Below are positions 22,701 through 34,170 of a stretch of DNA of 64,000 nucleotides, in pieces. The DNA comes from Epiperipatus broadwayi (Eukaryota; Animalia; Onychophora), in the NCBI GenBank assembly GCA_028023455.1, contig JAQFVV010000009.1, forward strand, positions 5,704,001-5,768,000, in the 5' to 3' direction. The notes beneath the pieces were generated by a model, which had not been told where the DNA came from, searched no databases, and saw nothing but the letters and a program-made list of their open reading frames with translations. The translations under genes and the position numbers were made by a program. The number at the start of each line of letters is the position of its first letter. The first letter of the stretch is position 1.

Positions 22701-23521
22701 AAAGTGACTAGGAATGATGTGATAATATCTAGTCTAAAGCAAATTGTCAGTACATAAAGTTTAATATTTGTAAATCCAATTGTAATTGCTGTATTTGTTT
22801 TTTTATATCTGGTTTCAAAATTTTTTTTAATAATTATTGCCTGGCAAATAAAAATTCAAACTATCTGTTATATGAAAACATTAAAACAGAAAAAGAAATG
22901 CTTCAAGTAAACAAATTCAGTTTGATCAAAATTTAGAAAGAAAGAAAGTTTCATAAATAAGTATGTTGACATTTGCATTTATTTATAGTATCCTGATGAC
23001 TTATGTGTTTTAATACAAGTAACAGACTCTAAAATTCAAGGTTCCTGGATCAAAATTCAGACTTATATGTCTATGATTTCAATACCACATCATCTTCTGG
23101 GTGATAAATATTCAATTACTTTATTTTTTATAGTATTTTAATAATTTATTGCCACTGATATGCTATTTTGCACTTTTTTTACTCCCTACCCCAACACAAT
23201 CCACTAACTTCTCACAAAGTCCTACAATGTTTTTATTTTAATTTTTGATAATAGTTACTCTTCAATGTATTTATGTCATTCTTCTGTCTGTGGTCCCATT
23301 GGTTTGATGTGCTCAATCTTGGGTAATAATAGCTTTGTTAGAGTATTTGCTTTCTTAAATAAACCTAACCTATTTTTAAAACAATCTTACCTATAATAAT
23401 TTGTTTATACTTTGCAAATTTATAAAAGAATATATAGCTAATTATTTTAAACATAATGAATATAATTTCAATGCAGTAAACACATTATTAGCATCACTAT
23501 TGTTGTTTTACACCATATAAG

Positions 23522-24003
23522 CATTTGGGTTGAATGAATAAGTGGATTCATTTATTCATTCGCAAAGACTTTATCTTGTGTTGGAAATGAAAGTATTCAT
23601 TTATTATTATTAACATTCGTAAAAAGCGCATGTACGTTAGCTTGAAAGGCTAATCTTTAGTTTATTACAATTTATAAAACATAGCGCTATATAAATGAAT
23701 GCCTCATTTACATATGTTTAGTTTCATTTAAGAATGACATTTCATAAATTCTAGATAATTTCGTTGACATCATTCATTCAGACATAGTTAACAGTAATTT
23801 AAAGTGATTGATTTATCCTCACACTTTCATATCCAGTACTTAAGATTTGCCCATATTTGGGTTGAATGAATAAGTGAATTCATTTATTCGTTCGCAAAGA
23901 CTTTATCTTGTGTTGGAAATGAAAGTATTCATTTATTATTATTATTAACATTCGTAAAAAGTGCATGTACGTTAGCTTGAAAGGCTGATCTTTAGTTTAT
24001 TAC
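23522..24003. repeat. Two ~150-bp direct repeats separated by ~185 bp
   Basis: tttgggttgaatgaataagtg..gcaaagactttatcttgtgttggaaatg..gttagcttgaaaggct.atctttagtttattac at 23523-23670 and ~23855-24003. Confidence 0.9.
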
Positions 24004-25649
24004 CAATCGTTTTCAAAAATTATTTAAAAAATTTCATTCTAGAAATTTGTCTGCCTCAGTTTTTTATTTATTTATTTAATATATTTGGAATAAAAATATT
24101 AAATTGATATCAAAGATCTTTTTACAATATCATTAAAATATATGCTTATTTATTTAGCATGTATTTGTTATTATAAGAATAATTGAATGCTTTATTGAAC
24201 AGAAATCCACAGGACGTTTGAGCTCCAGAAGTGAGTGGCAGAGTTATGATTCCTAAATCTTGAGCTTCAGTCAGCTGTTCCACGAGGCACTAAACCAATT
24301 AAAGGATCAAAAAAAAATACAAAGTCTTTATTTATTTAAATGATATAAGGGATATTATTGAATATTGTTTAATAATGTAGCTTCAAACATTCAGCTCATT
24401 ATATAATACAATTCTGAAAATCAAATACAAGAATAAATTATGTTAGAGGAATAACAGTAAATGGTAGATTAATATTTGTGATGAATATAAGTGTTTATTT
24501 GAAATACATTATTGTTTCAAGTTGTAGTTGTTCAATCCTTTTTGTGGGGGAGGGTGTGTGTGTGTGTGTGAAAAATTGTGTATAAAGTTTAACAAATTTA
24601 CAGGTTTTTTTTTTCATATTTCTTAATTATTTTATATTTAAAAATAAATCACTTTTAATATATTGAATCATTCTTATAATGTGGAGAAGAGAAGGATCAT
24701 ATAAACTAGATTAAATTTGGAGACATCTTCATAATGGTTTGAAAATGACTTCATTATATTAAAATATACATATAACAGGAAATTATTTCATCTCATATTT
24801 ATACATATAGGGATTTGATAATCATTTGCTATATTAACACTGTAGTTTTGAAATTGGGTAGAGCAGAAATATAAATGCATAGTTAGTCAAGCAAAAATTT
24901 GATGTTTAGTCAATTTAATGATGCCATATTAATTGATGTATCAGGGTCCACAATTGTTTAAAGTTTTAGGAATGGTAGTTTTATAAAGAAATGAAACCTA
25001 GAACTGATCATGATTATAAATTAGTGCTCATTGAGAGAGACTAACATATTTTGCAAAAGACTGCATTCCACTCCTCCTATCTACAGCATAATATAAATTA
25101 CTTTAGAAATCAACTTATATTAAAGCATTTATGTTTTTTATGTGAAAGCCATGCCACAAAAGCCATTGTTTTGTCAACAAATATTTCATATTTTGGGGGG
25201 AAAACATTTATAATTTTTTCAACCAATGGAAGAATTCTACCAGGTGATAATAGTTTAACATAACTATCTTCTCTCAACTTAAAAACATAGTGGTAGAGTA
25301 ATTATTATTCTATACGGTTGCATCTGTTTTATCATATGATACAAACAGTGTTGTATTTATATATTGGACTATTTCCATAATCTAATATAAGTATTGAATG
25401 TCTTTAGAAAAATTTAACTTTATTTAAATATTCCAAATACATTCAACTGTTTCTAATAGCACACAGGTTAGTATATTCACAATGTTTTGAGAAATATTAT
25501 TCTCTCATCTTCATGTGTTGCTGGCCTGAGAAATGACAGTATTAGCATGAGAATTGAACCTGGACCCTTAAATTCATGAATATTGAATTTTAAGGTAATG
25601 CTCTAATCAACTGAGCCATCCTGCCTAAGGTAATAGTCAATACCAGCAA

Positions 25650-26230
25650 TTTTAAAAAAGAAAAGATCTATGTAGAACAAACTTATGGAAAATGGTTATC
25701 CATCAGCTGTTATTAAGAAAACCTTAAATAGACAACAACAAAAAAGAACAATCAAAAGAAAAAACAATTATTGTACCAGTAGTGTATCCTTACATACTAA
25801 AAACAGCAGACAAATTAAGGAAAATCTGTAATCAGTATAACATTAGAACAGCTTTCCAGAGTCAAACCACACTAAAAGAAATTCCAACATCTACAAAGCC
25901 TAAACTTGAAATGCTGAAAAGAAAAAACTACATCTATGAAATACCATGTGAATGTGGAAAAACATATATTGGTAAGATAAGTCATCCTATTGAAAGCGAT
26001 TGCAATAATACAAACTGATGATTACAACAGAGAAAAACAGATGTGTCTAAGGTAGCAGATCATGTATGTACCAATTAACATATGTTCAATTGGGAAAATA
26101 CAAAAATATTGAATAGAGGAAAAAGTATAAAGAAGAAAATTTAAAGAAGTTGCTCATATTACAATAGCAGACACCCCCATAAGTCAGCCTAGTGTGACTA
26201 TACATAAATATGGAAACCACTAATCAATTT
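25650..26230 (+). pseudogene. PLE C-terminal region with GIY-YIG endonuclease, frameshifted
   Basis: VVYPYILKTADKLRKICNQYNIRTAF, NYIYEIPCECGKTYIG, then SKVADHV and FNWENTKIL: typical of Penelope C-termini. Confidence 0.8.
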
Positions 26231-26306
26231 TGCTCTTAAAAAAAGTTGAGAAATCAGGAGGAACCTCATAAATAAGTATATGAAATTTTTACTGACTATT
26301 GCTTTT

Positions 26307-26390
26307 GGCAAGATGACCCAGTTGGATAGAGCATTACCTTAAAATTCAATACTCAAGAATCTAAGGATCAAGGTTCGAATCCCATGCTAA
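26307..26390 (+). promoter_or_regulatory. tRNA-derived Pol III head (A box TGACCCAGTTGG 26314-26325, B box GGTTCGAATCC 26372-26382)
   Basis: GGCAAGATGACCCAGTTGGATAGAGCAT..AAGGATCAAGGTTCGAATCCC resembles tRNA-Lys(UUU) with an expanded anticodon arm. The inverted copy at ~25545-25626 has TGGCTCAGTTGA. Confidence 0.65.
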
Positions 26391-26409
26391 TACTGTCACT
26401 ACTCAGGCC

Positions 26410-26464
26410 AGCAACACCCGAAGAAGAGAAGAAAATAATACATCTCGAACATTGTGCATATGCT
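26410..26464 (+). ncRNA. Decayed minimal hammerhead motif (family D; inferred ancestral GAA-ACGU-U)
   Basis: By-eye consensus of four copies (25470-25522 -, 26410-26464 +, 38100-38146 -, 38218-38272 +): AGCA-A-CAC-CUGAAGA-W-GAGAGA-AUAAUA-UCUCUC-GAAAC(A)UU-GUG-CAUA-UGCU. No single copy is intact. Confidence 0.5.
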
Positions 26465-27721
26465 AACCTGTGTGCTATTACTAACAGTTGAATATATTTG
26501 GAATATTTAAATAAAGTTAAATTTTTCTAAAAACTATCAATATTTATATTAGATTATGGAAATAGTCTAATATATAAATACAACTAACATACCATCATCA
26601 CAAATATTCAGGTAAACAAACAGCGTTATTCAAAAGTTATATAATCTTATCTTGTATAGAATCTATGCATTTCTCGATACAAATAGTAGTCCTATACGAT
26701 TTTGATCAAGGAATCAGAAATGATTCGGATTTTTTCTTATGTATATATAGAAATTCCTATAGATGTTATTAAATAGTTATATATATAATGACCACATTTA
26801 TAATTGATAAATGAAAGTACATTATAATAGCAATTATATTGTGATAAATGTACTTGAAAATGATTGCAAAGCGCTATCAAAGTGCACTGGTGTAATAAAT
26901 TCCAAATATATTCATTAATACGTATAGAAAGAAATAGTATTATTTCTGCTATAATATTTTATCATATTGATATGTCTTTCTATCTTTGATAAATTGAGCT
27001 TTTCAATGTTATTTTAATATCACTTTGTTAAAGCTTTCATTATAAAAGAGATGTCTGTATCTTTTTTAAAATATTAGCATTCTTTTTATAAATCGTAAAT
27101 GTAATTCCTGCTACTCTTTTTCAAATGAATAAATATCCAAAATTAATTTCTGGAGAAAGCGTTTGAAAACTCCTTGGAGTTGCTCTTTCCCAGGAGATTT
27201 GTTGATGATAGCTTGAAAATTATTAGGTTAAAATGCATGTTCATGGAAAAAGAGTTACTATGGCAATAGCCTTTTTTATTCCAAGAAACAACTTTATAGT
27301 AATTAAACTTATAATGGAAATGGTCACATGTTAGTCTTAAAAAAAAAAAGAAGTGACTCAGACAGTCATTAGAATGCTCTTTTAATGATTCCATTGAAGA
27401 CATCTTTATTCTTCAGAGTCTGTTAGGAAGTTGAATTTGATGAGAATATTTTTTTTAAAATGCACTTTTAATCTTCTCTGTTTTAACAACATTAATACAT
27501 AATAAAGTTCTCTTTAACCCTCTTTGTCACAGGATCATTTTAAAAAATAAATAATCCAGTAATTAACTGATTGATACAATAACTGTTTGTATTATAAGTA
27601 GTGAGTATTATGCATTTCTCCTTATATGACTAAAATATGAGAAATATTAAAAAATAATCATAATTTTTATGTCTTCTATAAGTTGAATTCTTAAAGGATT
27701 CATATTAGGAAACATAATAGG

Positions 27722-27795
27722 ATACTTTCATCCATTCCATTTGGTTCCCAAACCACCTGTGGATATTCAAAATTCATGGATAGTTCTATATAACA
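27722..27795 (+). mobile_element. Possible Tigger/pogo-type MITE end fragment
   Basis: ttggttcccaaaccacctgtggatattcaaaattcatggat resembles my recollection of the MER2/Tigger left end. No partner TIR found. Confidence 0.3.
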
Positions 27796-28947
27796 TACAA
27801 TTTAAACACACAAACATAATTTTTTTAACTTATACATGTACACTATGTACGTTGTTTTGATTTAATTTAAAAAATTACATACACATTATGACAACTAACA
27901 AAAATATAGAATGTTCTTCTATACATTTTTATTACAAATCTTTATATATACAGAAGATATTTTAAATATATTTATACTTTATGATACAAATATTTACAAA
28001 CTATATATATTGTATTGTATATATTAAGATATCAACAAAAATAAAACTTAATATTATTTTTCTCGTGATGAAAATTTAGGGTGTTAAAATGCAGAAAATA
28101 CAATAATTCTTAATTGATTATAAATTGTAAGCATGTTTGTCTTTATGAGTCATTTTCTTGTGATATTTTATGATCATAGTGCCAATTATTGCACTGTGAA
28201 TTTTAAAAAAATCTGGGTTTGTTTTTTAAATCGTAAGCAAATGAATCATGTGGAATTGGAAATAATGGATATAGGAGTTTTATTATAGTTTAAACTATAT
28301 CTAAATAGTAAGCCAAAATCTCTGTTATAAAGACAATATTTTCTGCTAAAAATAATGTTTTGACTAGAAAATTTTTAGATTTGCTCAAATACCATGTGTG
28401 TGTGGAGATAAATAATTATTACTTTGCAATTAGATTAGTTTGGATTAGTAATCATCCTATGCACATGTGTACTGAACTGCCAGAAGATATTATAAAGCAT
28501 TTGATTTATCTTTACTGTATTTAGGCTGGTTGAGTCTTGAATTAAATTTCGATTACTAACTACTTTGATTAAGTTGCCACACAATTTTGCTTACTATATA
28601 CAAAAAGATATATGAAATATAAGAGAATTAAAAATTGTAAATCAGGTATTTATTCATTCTTAATCAATAGAAAATAAGAAACTGTATATATATATATATA
28701 TGTTGCAATCTCTGCCGTAGAATACAATCTTGTAGTTAGCATTGATCATTGTTAGAGGTCATCATTTTTTCAAATAAATCTTCAATTGATTGATTAAGTT
28801 TGTCAGAAGATCCCGTGCAGACATTATTTTTTGAGATCGCAAAATTAGAAATTTGTTACTGGACTAAGGCATATGTGAAATCTCATCAATACATAAATTA
28901 TATTACATTGACAGAATATCCAAATCTCACTTCTATACAATAAATTA

Positions 28948-29605
28948 GAATAAACTGAGAGAGTGCAAACCTCTCAAGCGTTTAGCCAATCAGATCACAA
29001 ATACTCTGACAGAGAATTTAACAAGAAAAGAGTGGTTCCACTCTCTTCTTTACTTGTCTGTCTATATATCCAAGCCAGTCCAAAGTACTTAGATCTGCAA
29101 GCTTGAATCTTAAATATCTTCACACTTAACTCACTGAGTTCTAATTATAAACATACAGTGTGAAATCTTTCGATTTACTATGCAGTAGTTTTTAGATATT
29201 ATAACTTGCCGCAATATATGTAAATAATATTTTATTTATACAAATGCAGACGGTATTGAAATAAACTGAGAGAGTGCAAACCTCTCAAGCGTTTAGCCAA
29301 TCAAATCGCAAATACTGGGACAGAGAATTTAACAAGAAAAGAGCGGTTCCACTCTCTTCTTTACTTGTCTGTCTATATATCCAAGCCAGTCCAAAGTACT
29401 AAGATCTGCATTCAAGCTTGCAGATCTAAGTACTTTGGACTAGCTTGGATATATAGACAGACAAGTAAAAAGAGAGTGGAACCGCTCTTTTCTTGTTAAA
29501 TTCTCTGTCCCAGTATTTGCGATCTGATTGGCTAAATGCTTGAGTGGTTTGCACTCTCTCAGTTTATTTCAATACCGTCTGCGTTTGTAGAAATAAAGTA
29601 TTATT
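28948..29605. mobile_element. 658-bp tandem plus inverted insertion of a ~311-bp unit (family E), 12-bp TSD
   Basis: Direct copies start at 28951 and 29262; the inverted arm is 29411-29605. TACAATAAATTA occurs at 28936-28947 and 29606-29617. Confidence 0.85.
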
Positions 29606-30399
29606 TACAATAAATTAAGTAACAGGTACTTTAATATTTTATAAGCTATAATGTAATACGCTTAACATGTTTTCTGTCAGTAAGATTTCATCAAAGATTA
29701 GGTGAACGATGTCATGGCAACAAAGACACTGGCATGACTAATCCATGGGAATGGTGATTTTTTTGATTATGGTGACCCACGAGATTTAAAAAGTCAAGAG
29801 ACCTATGGGAAATTTTGTTATTTCTCTGTCTTTTGTGGTTTTGATATTGGCATGAGCACAGTGATTTTTTGATCATATTGAAAATATTTTCATATATTTG
29901 ATATTATAGTAATTTTCCACCACCATTATTTGTAAATAATTTTTATTTTGTTTCTTAATAATTAAATAAATTATTCTAATTTTCATTAAAAAAAAACATT
30001 TCATGATTTATGTACTACCTTTTAGGTTATTTTTTATTTTGCTTCTTTTGGTTCATTGTCCTCTTTTCCATTTTTTTATTATAAATTATCCTTATTTTCA
30101 TTAAAAAAAGACTACACTTTTAATTTCATAATTTTATATAATACCTTTTAATTAAGATGTTTTTTACGTTCGCCATTTCCACTGTATGACAGATTCACAC
30201 TATATCGGGAAGAGTGTTTTTTATTGTGTTTAATTTTAAAATTACAAATATTTTTTATAAAGTTTCTGCAATTATTTTGTAGTCAATTTGAATTTACAAT
30301 AATTTTAGTAAATTACTATTAATTTATGTATTTTTTTGGTGTATGCAATTTTTTTTTTGAGGAATAACAAACATGGCGCTGTCTGATATTTTTTCCCTA

Positions 30400-30710
30400 T
30401 GAGATGGCTTCTTTAGTACTATTCTTGCTATGTCTACCGGATGTCTTCTTTAGTATTATTCTTGCTATGTCTACCGAAATCTTTAGTATTATTCTTGCTA
30501 TGTCTACCGGAATCTTTAGTATTATTTTTGCTATGTCTACCAGATGTCTTCTTTAGTATTCTTGCTATTAGATGTCTTCTTTAGTATTATTCTTACTATA
30601 TCTACCGGAATCTTTAGTATTATTCTGGCTATGTCTACTGGAATCTTTAGTATTATTCTAGCAATGTCTGCCATGTCTACCAGATCTTTAGTATTATTCT
30701 TGCTATTGTA
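30400..30710. repeat. 33-bp minisatellite (TCTACCGGAATCTTTAGTATTATTCTTGCTATG), about 9 imperfect units
   Basis: Directly visible; produces the STGIFSIILAM repeats in ORF 30544-30906. Confidence 0.9.
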
Positions 30711-31834
30711 CCGGTCAAAATTGTGTGTTCATTCAGCAAGACCTAGAATCCAAGCAAACTATAGCAATCTAGCAATGTGTGAGATACACAGGTTTGGAAC
30801 AATACTAAATGCTAACCTATTTGCTCATGCTCCAGGGCCTCTGACTATATGGACAATGCTTTTGAGGATACTAGCAAGCTTTAATTTACTCCAGGCCCAG
30901 CAATGAGAACAGGGTGAGCAAAGAAACTTGGAAATCGATAATCTTTAAATAATTAGCCAATGATTATTACAAAATATACTACTTAAAGAGTGGGGTAGGT
31001 TATTCTTTAATAGATTAATAATCAGATACTTAATATCGTTCAAGGCAACTTTAAATAAAGAGAATTAATTAATAATACCAATAAAATCTTTCATTGAATT
31101 TGAAATAATTTAACTTAACCTAAACAGTCATACGAGAGATTCGGGCAATGAATAACAAATGCGAGAATATAGAAAATAATATAATATAAATTTATTGAAC
31201 AATTAAATACGGTAATAACAAAAATAGCTGTATAGAATGTCTGGGCAATGGTAGTTACAACTTTGATTGTGGTTTGATTTGCAATCACGCACTTTAGAGA
31301 TGAGTCAATAAATCATAGAATTTATATAAATACATAAAGTGTTACTGCATATAGTTAGTTAGTGCAGTTATTACATATCTAGAACAATGGTCATTCATGT
31401 GATTGCTCAGATATTGTAGTGCAGTTAAAATGCCAAGAATCAAATAAATCAATTAAGTAACCAAAAATACCTTGTAACTCAACCCTGATTTAATATATTA
31501 TAGATTCACATTAATAAGTTGTATTGGTCATTACATATATATGAATAAGAATTTGGGTCATGTGATTTAAAAATGTGCGATACTTGGGAGATCACTCAGA
31601 TGCATGGGAGCAAAACTATTCAGCTTAAAAGAAGCTGTAATGCATAATCTGACTTAAAATTAAAATGAATGGATGGTAAACGACATGCAATTACAACTAA
31701 TAAAGAGCATTGCAGGTGAATAGAAAACTTAATAATAATAAGGCGGTATCACAGAGGAGCGATAATTTAAGACGCTCTTGAGTGGCTTTGCCATATTGAT
31801 ACAAAAGGAGTATGCCTGCACGATCGCCAAGGTC

Positions 31835-31849
31835 ATATCTCAGAAGAGT
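31835..31849 (-). promoter_or_regulatory. Possible tRNA-Arg primer binding site (TGGCGATCGTGCAGG) of an LTR-element remnant
   Basis: Close to the mdg1/412-type PBS TGGCGACCGTGACAGG. Adjacent 31850-32290 is GC/CpG-richer and LTR-like, but I found no second LTR. Confidence 0.35.
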
Positions 31850-33909
31850 AATGGCACAAGTGGATGTTGGGATGGTTCATCCGTATGTTTCCCATACACT
31901 GATTCATTGGGGGTGCCTGGAGAAGATCCTGAGTAGGAAAATACATCTGCTTTTAGCGGGATGATGAATAGTGGGATTGGTCATTCCGAAGATCCCAAAA
32001 TAATGACAAAGCAGGAAAATTATAAATAACGATTGCAATGATACACTTATAACACCCAAAACATATAAATAGTTTGTGTCACTAACGACCACGATAAATT
32101 AATAAACACCTGACTCTTATAAGATGCTCTCCTGCGCAATGGAATGCTTAAATGCAAATCATCCCGGGCAGTTAACTAACGATCAATAAACGCACATAAA
32201 GGGGGTCAGAGTTAAAACTAAAAGGGATAAATTGCTCTCTCCCACCCCTCAGAAATATCTCCACATTTCTACCAGCAGTCATTGCACAGATAACTGTGAT
32301 TACTTACAAAATAACAGCCTTTCATGTTACAATTATTAAAATAAAATTAGAAATTACATATTAAATTCACTGCTGGTGAGATGTACTTAGTTAAAATGAT
32401 AACAACTTTTAATAATGAGATGAGGATTAAATTTTTATAGTTAGGTGTAATAATTCAATGTAAATATCAAGACCTTCTGGTCATTTAAAGAATAACATTA
32501 TTGAAAATAATTTGTATAAAACCGAGCGAGTTTATAACAACAAATTTTAAGGAAATTTACGTCTCCTTAGTTTAACAGGAGAAAACTATTGGGGGGGGGG
32601 GGTAAATTCACTCGCCAGATTGTATACTTTCTTGGCATATCAAAATGAATTAGAATAATAAAATAAGAAAAATCAGTTAATTCTAAATTGCCACATCAAA
32701 ACAGAAAATTGATATAGCATTATAATAAATCGCACAGACATTATTAGCATTTATATGACAGCTTTAAAATTAGGAAGGAAGGAAAGGCATACAATATAGT
32801 CAAAACAAAATATTATAATAAATTGCAGACATTATTAGTATTTATATAATAACTTTAACATTAAGTAAGGAAGGAATGATGTACAATGTAGTTTAGAATT
32901 AGAACAATTTATTAATTCAGAGTTCATAACTGGCGGCAAGATAGATATTACCTTGGGCTTGCAGATGCAATGATGTAGGTAATCTGTGGATCATGATCAT
33001 GGGCTAGCTTGGGTTTGAAACAGGCATTGGTAGAAACTGAAGAGTCTTTTAAGCACACATTTTCTGGACAATTCGCATATTAGGTTTAGAGGTTTCTAAC
33101 TGGGCACAGTGAGCTAGATAAGCCTCCCAGAGGCAGGGGGTGGACAATTTATTTTACCTCTCCATGATTTTGCTGCACAACGCTAACTTGCATGAAGTAT
33201 ATCTCCAACTGGAACATGAAACAAAAAACAGACCAAAAAATATAAAATTTTAGCTATTTATACAAGTACACATTAAAGAATCAGCTGCTGCAGGAATGAA
33301 AAAGATCAGAGCAATAAATGACCAGATAAAATAATTAAGAACCTCTGGCATCTATGACCTTGTGTGTATTTTAAGAATGATACAAAGTTCCGCAAAATTT
33401 TAAAATAAAACTAATTGCATTGCCTCACTCTTAAATATTAGTTAAACTTACACAAATTACTAGCCATAAAATTTCCCAGCTACAGCTGTTTGTCTTCTAA
33501 ATGACAATTTTATTTCTACATAAATTAGGAGCAATAAACTTTCAAAATTACTGCAGTTCGTCTCTCAAATGATAATTTTATTTTTATATAAATTACTACA
33601 TGCAAGATGTAAGATTTACAAAATATATATAATATAAATTGTTTTATATATAATATCAATTGGTTAGAAAGTTATTGAAATAAAATTCTATAACTTTCAA
33701 TATTACTTTTCATATGCACATTCACATGTGAAAGATGAATGGGAAAACGAACTAAATGTTTGTGTCTCCATCCATATCTCTCTATATATATACTATTGCC
33801 TATTAAATATATATATATATAATTTGGGTTCAAACCAGTTCTAGTGACTATGTAATTGACACTAGGTGAGGCCCCAAATCTGCAGGGCAGATTTCCAGCT
33901 TCACTTTTA

Positions 33910-34170
33910 AATGTCTTCTTTTGTATTATTCTTGCTATGTCTACTGGAATCTTTAGTATTATTCTTACTATGTCTACTGGAATTTTTAGTATTATTCATG
34001 CAATGTCTGTTCTTTCAATCTTTAACATAATGCCTCCACATGATCTGTGGACAAATTTTAGCGATTAACATTGTCCAGAAATCACTAGGAGATGTTATCT
34101 TGAAGATCGGAAGATTAGAGTAGTATATCTCTAGGACAATACATTATAGCAAGAAAAATACTAAAATACC
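33910..34170. repeat. Second locus of the 33-bp minisatellite, with an inverted unit
   Basis: About 3 direct units at ~33910-34008; atagcaagaaaaatactaaa at ~34146-34165 is the reverse complement of the unit. Confidence 0.75.

Larger units (their letters stand above)
25350..26584 (+). mobile_element. 5'-truncated Penelope-like element with inverted terminal repeats (family D)
   Basis: Arms 25350-25642 and 26290-26584 are reverse complements around a PLE coding fragment. Confidence 0.8.

Noticed and set aside
23523-24003. Direct repeats as CRISPR or as a hammerhead carrier
   Set aside because: Only two long repeats in eukaryotic DNA. The motif-like stretches (CTGAATGA..CGAAA) do not give consistent stems I-III.
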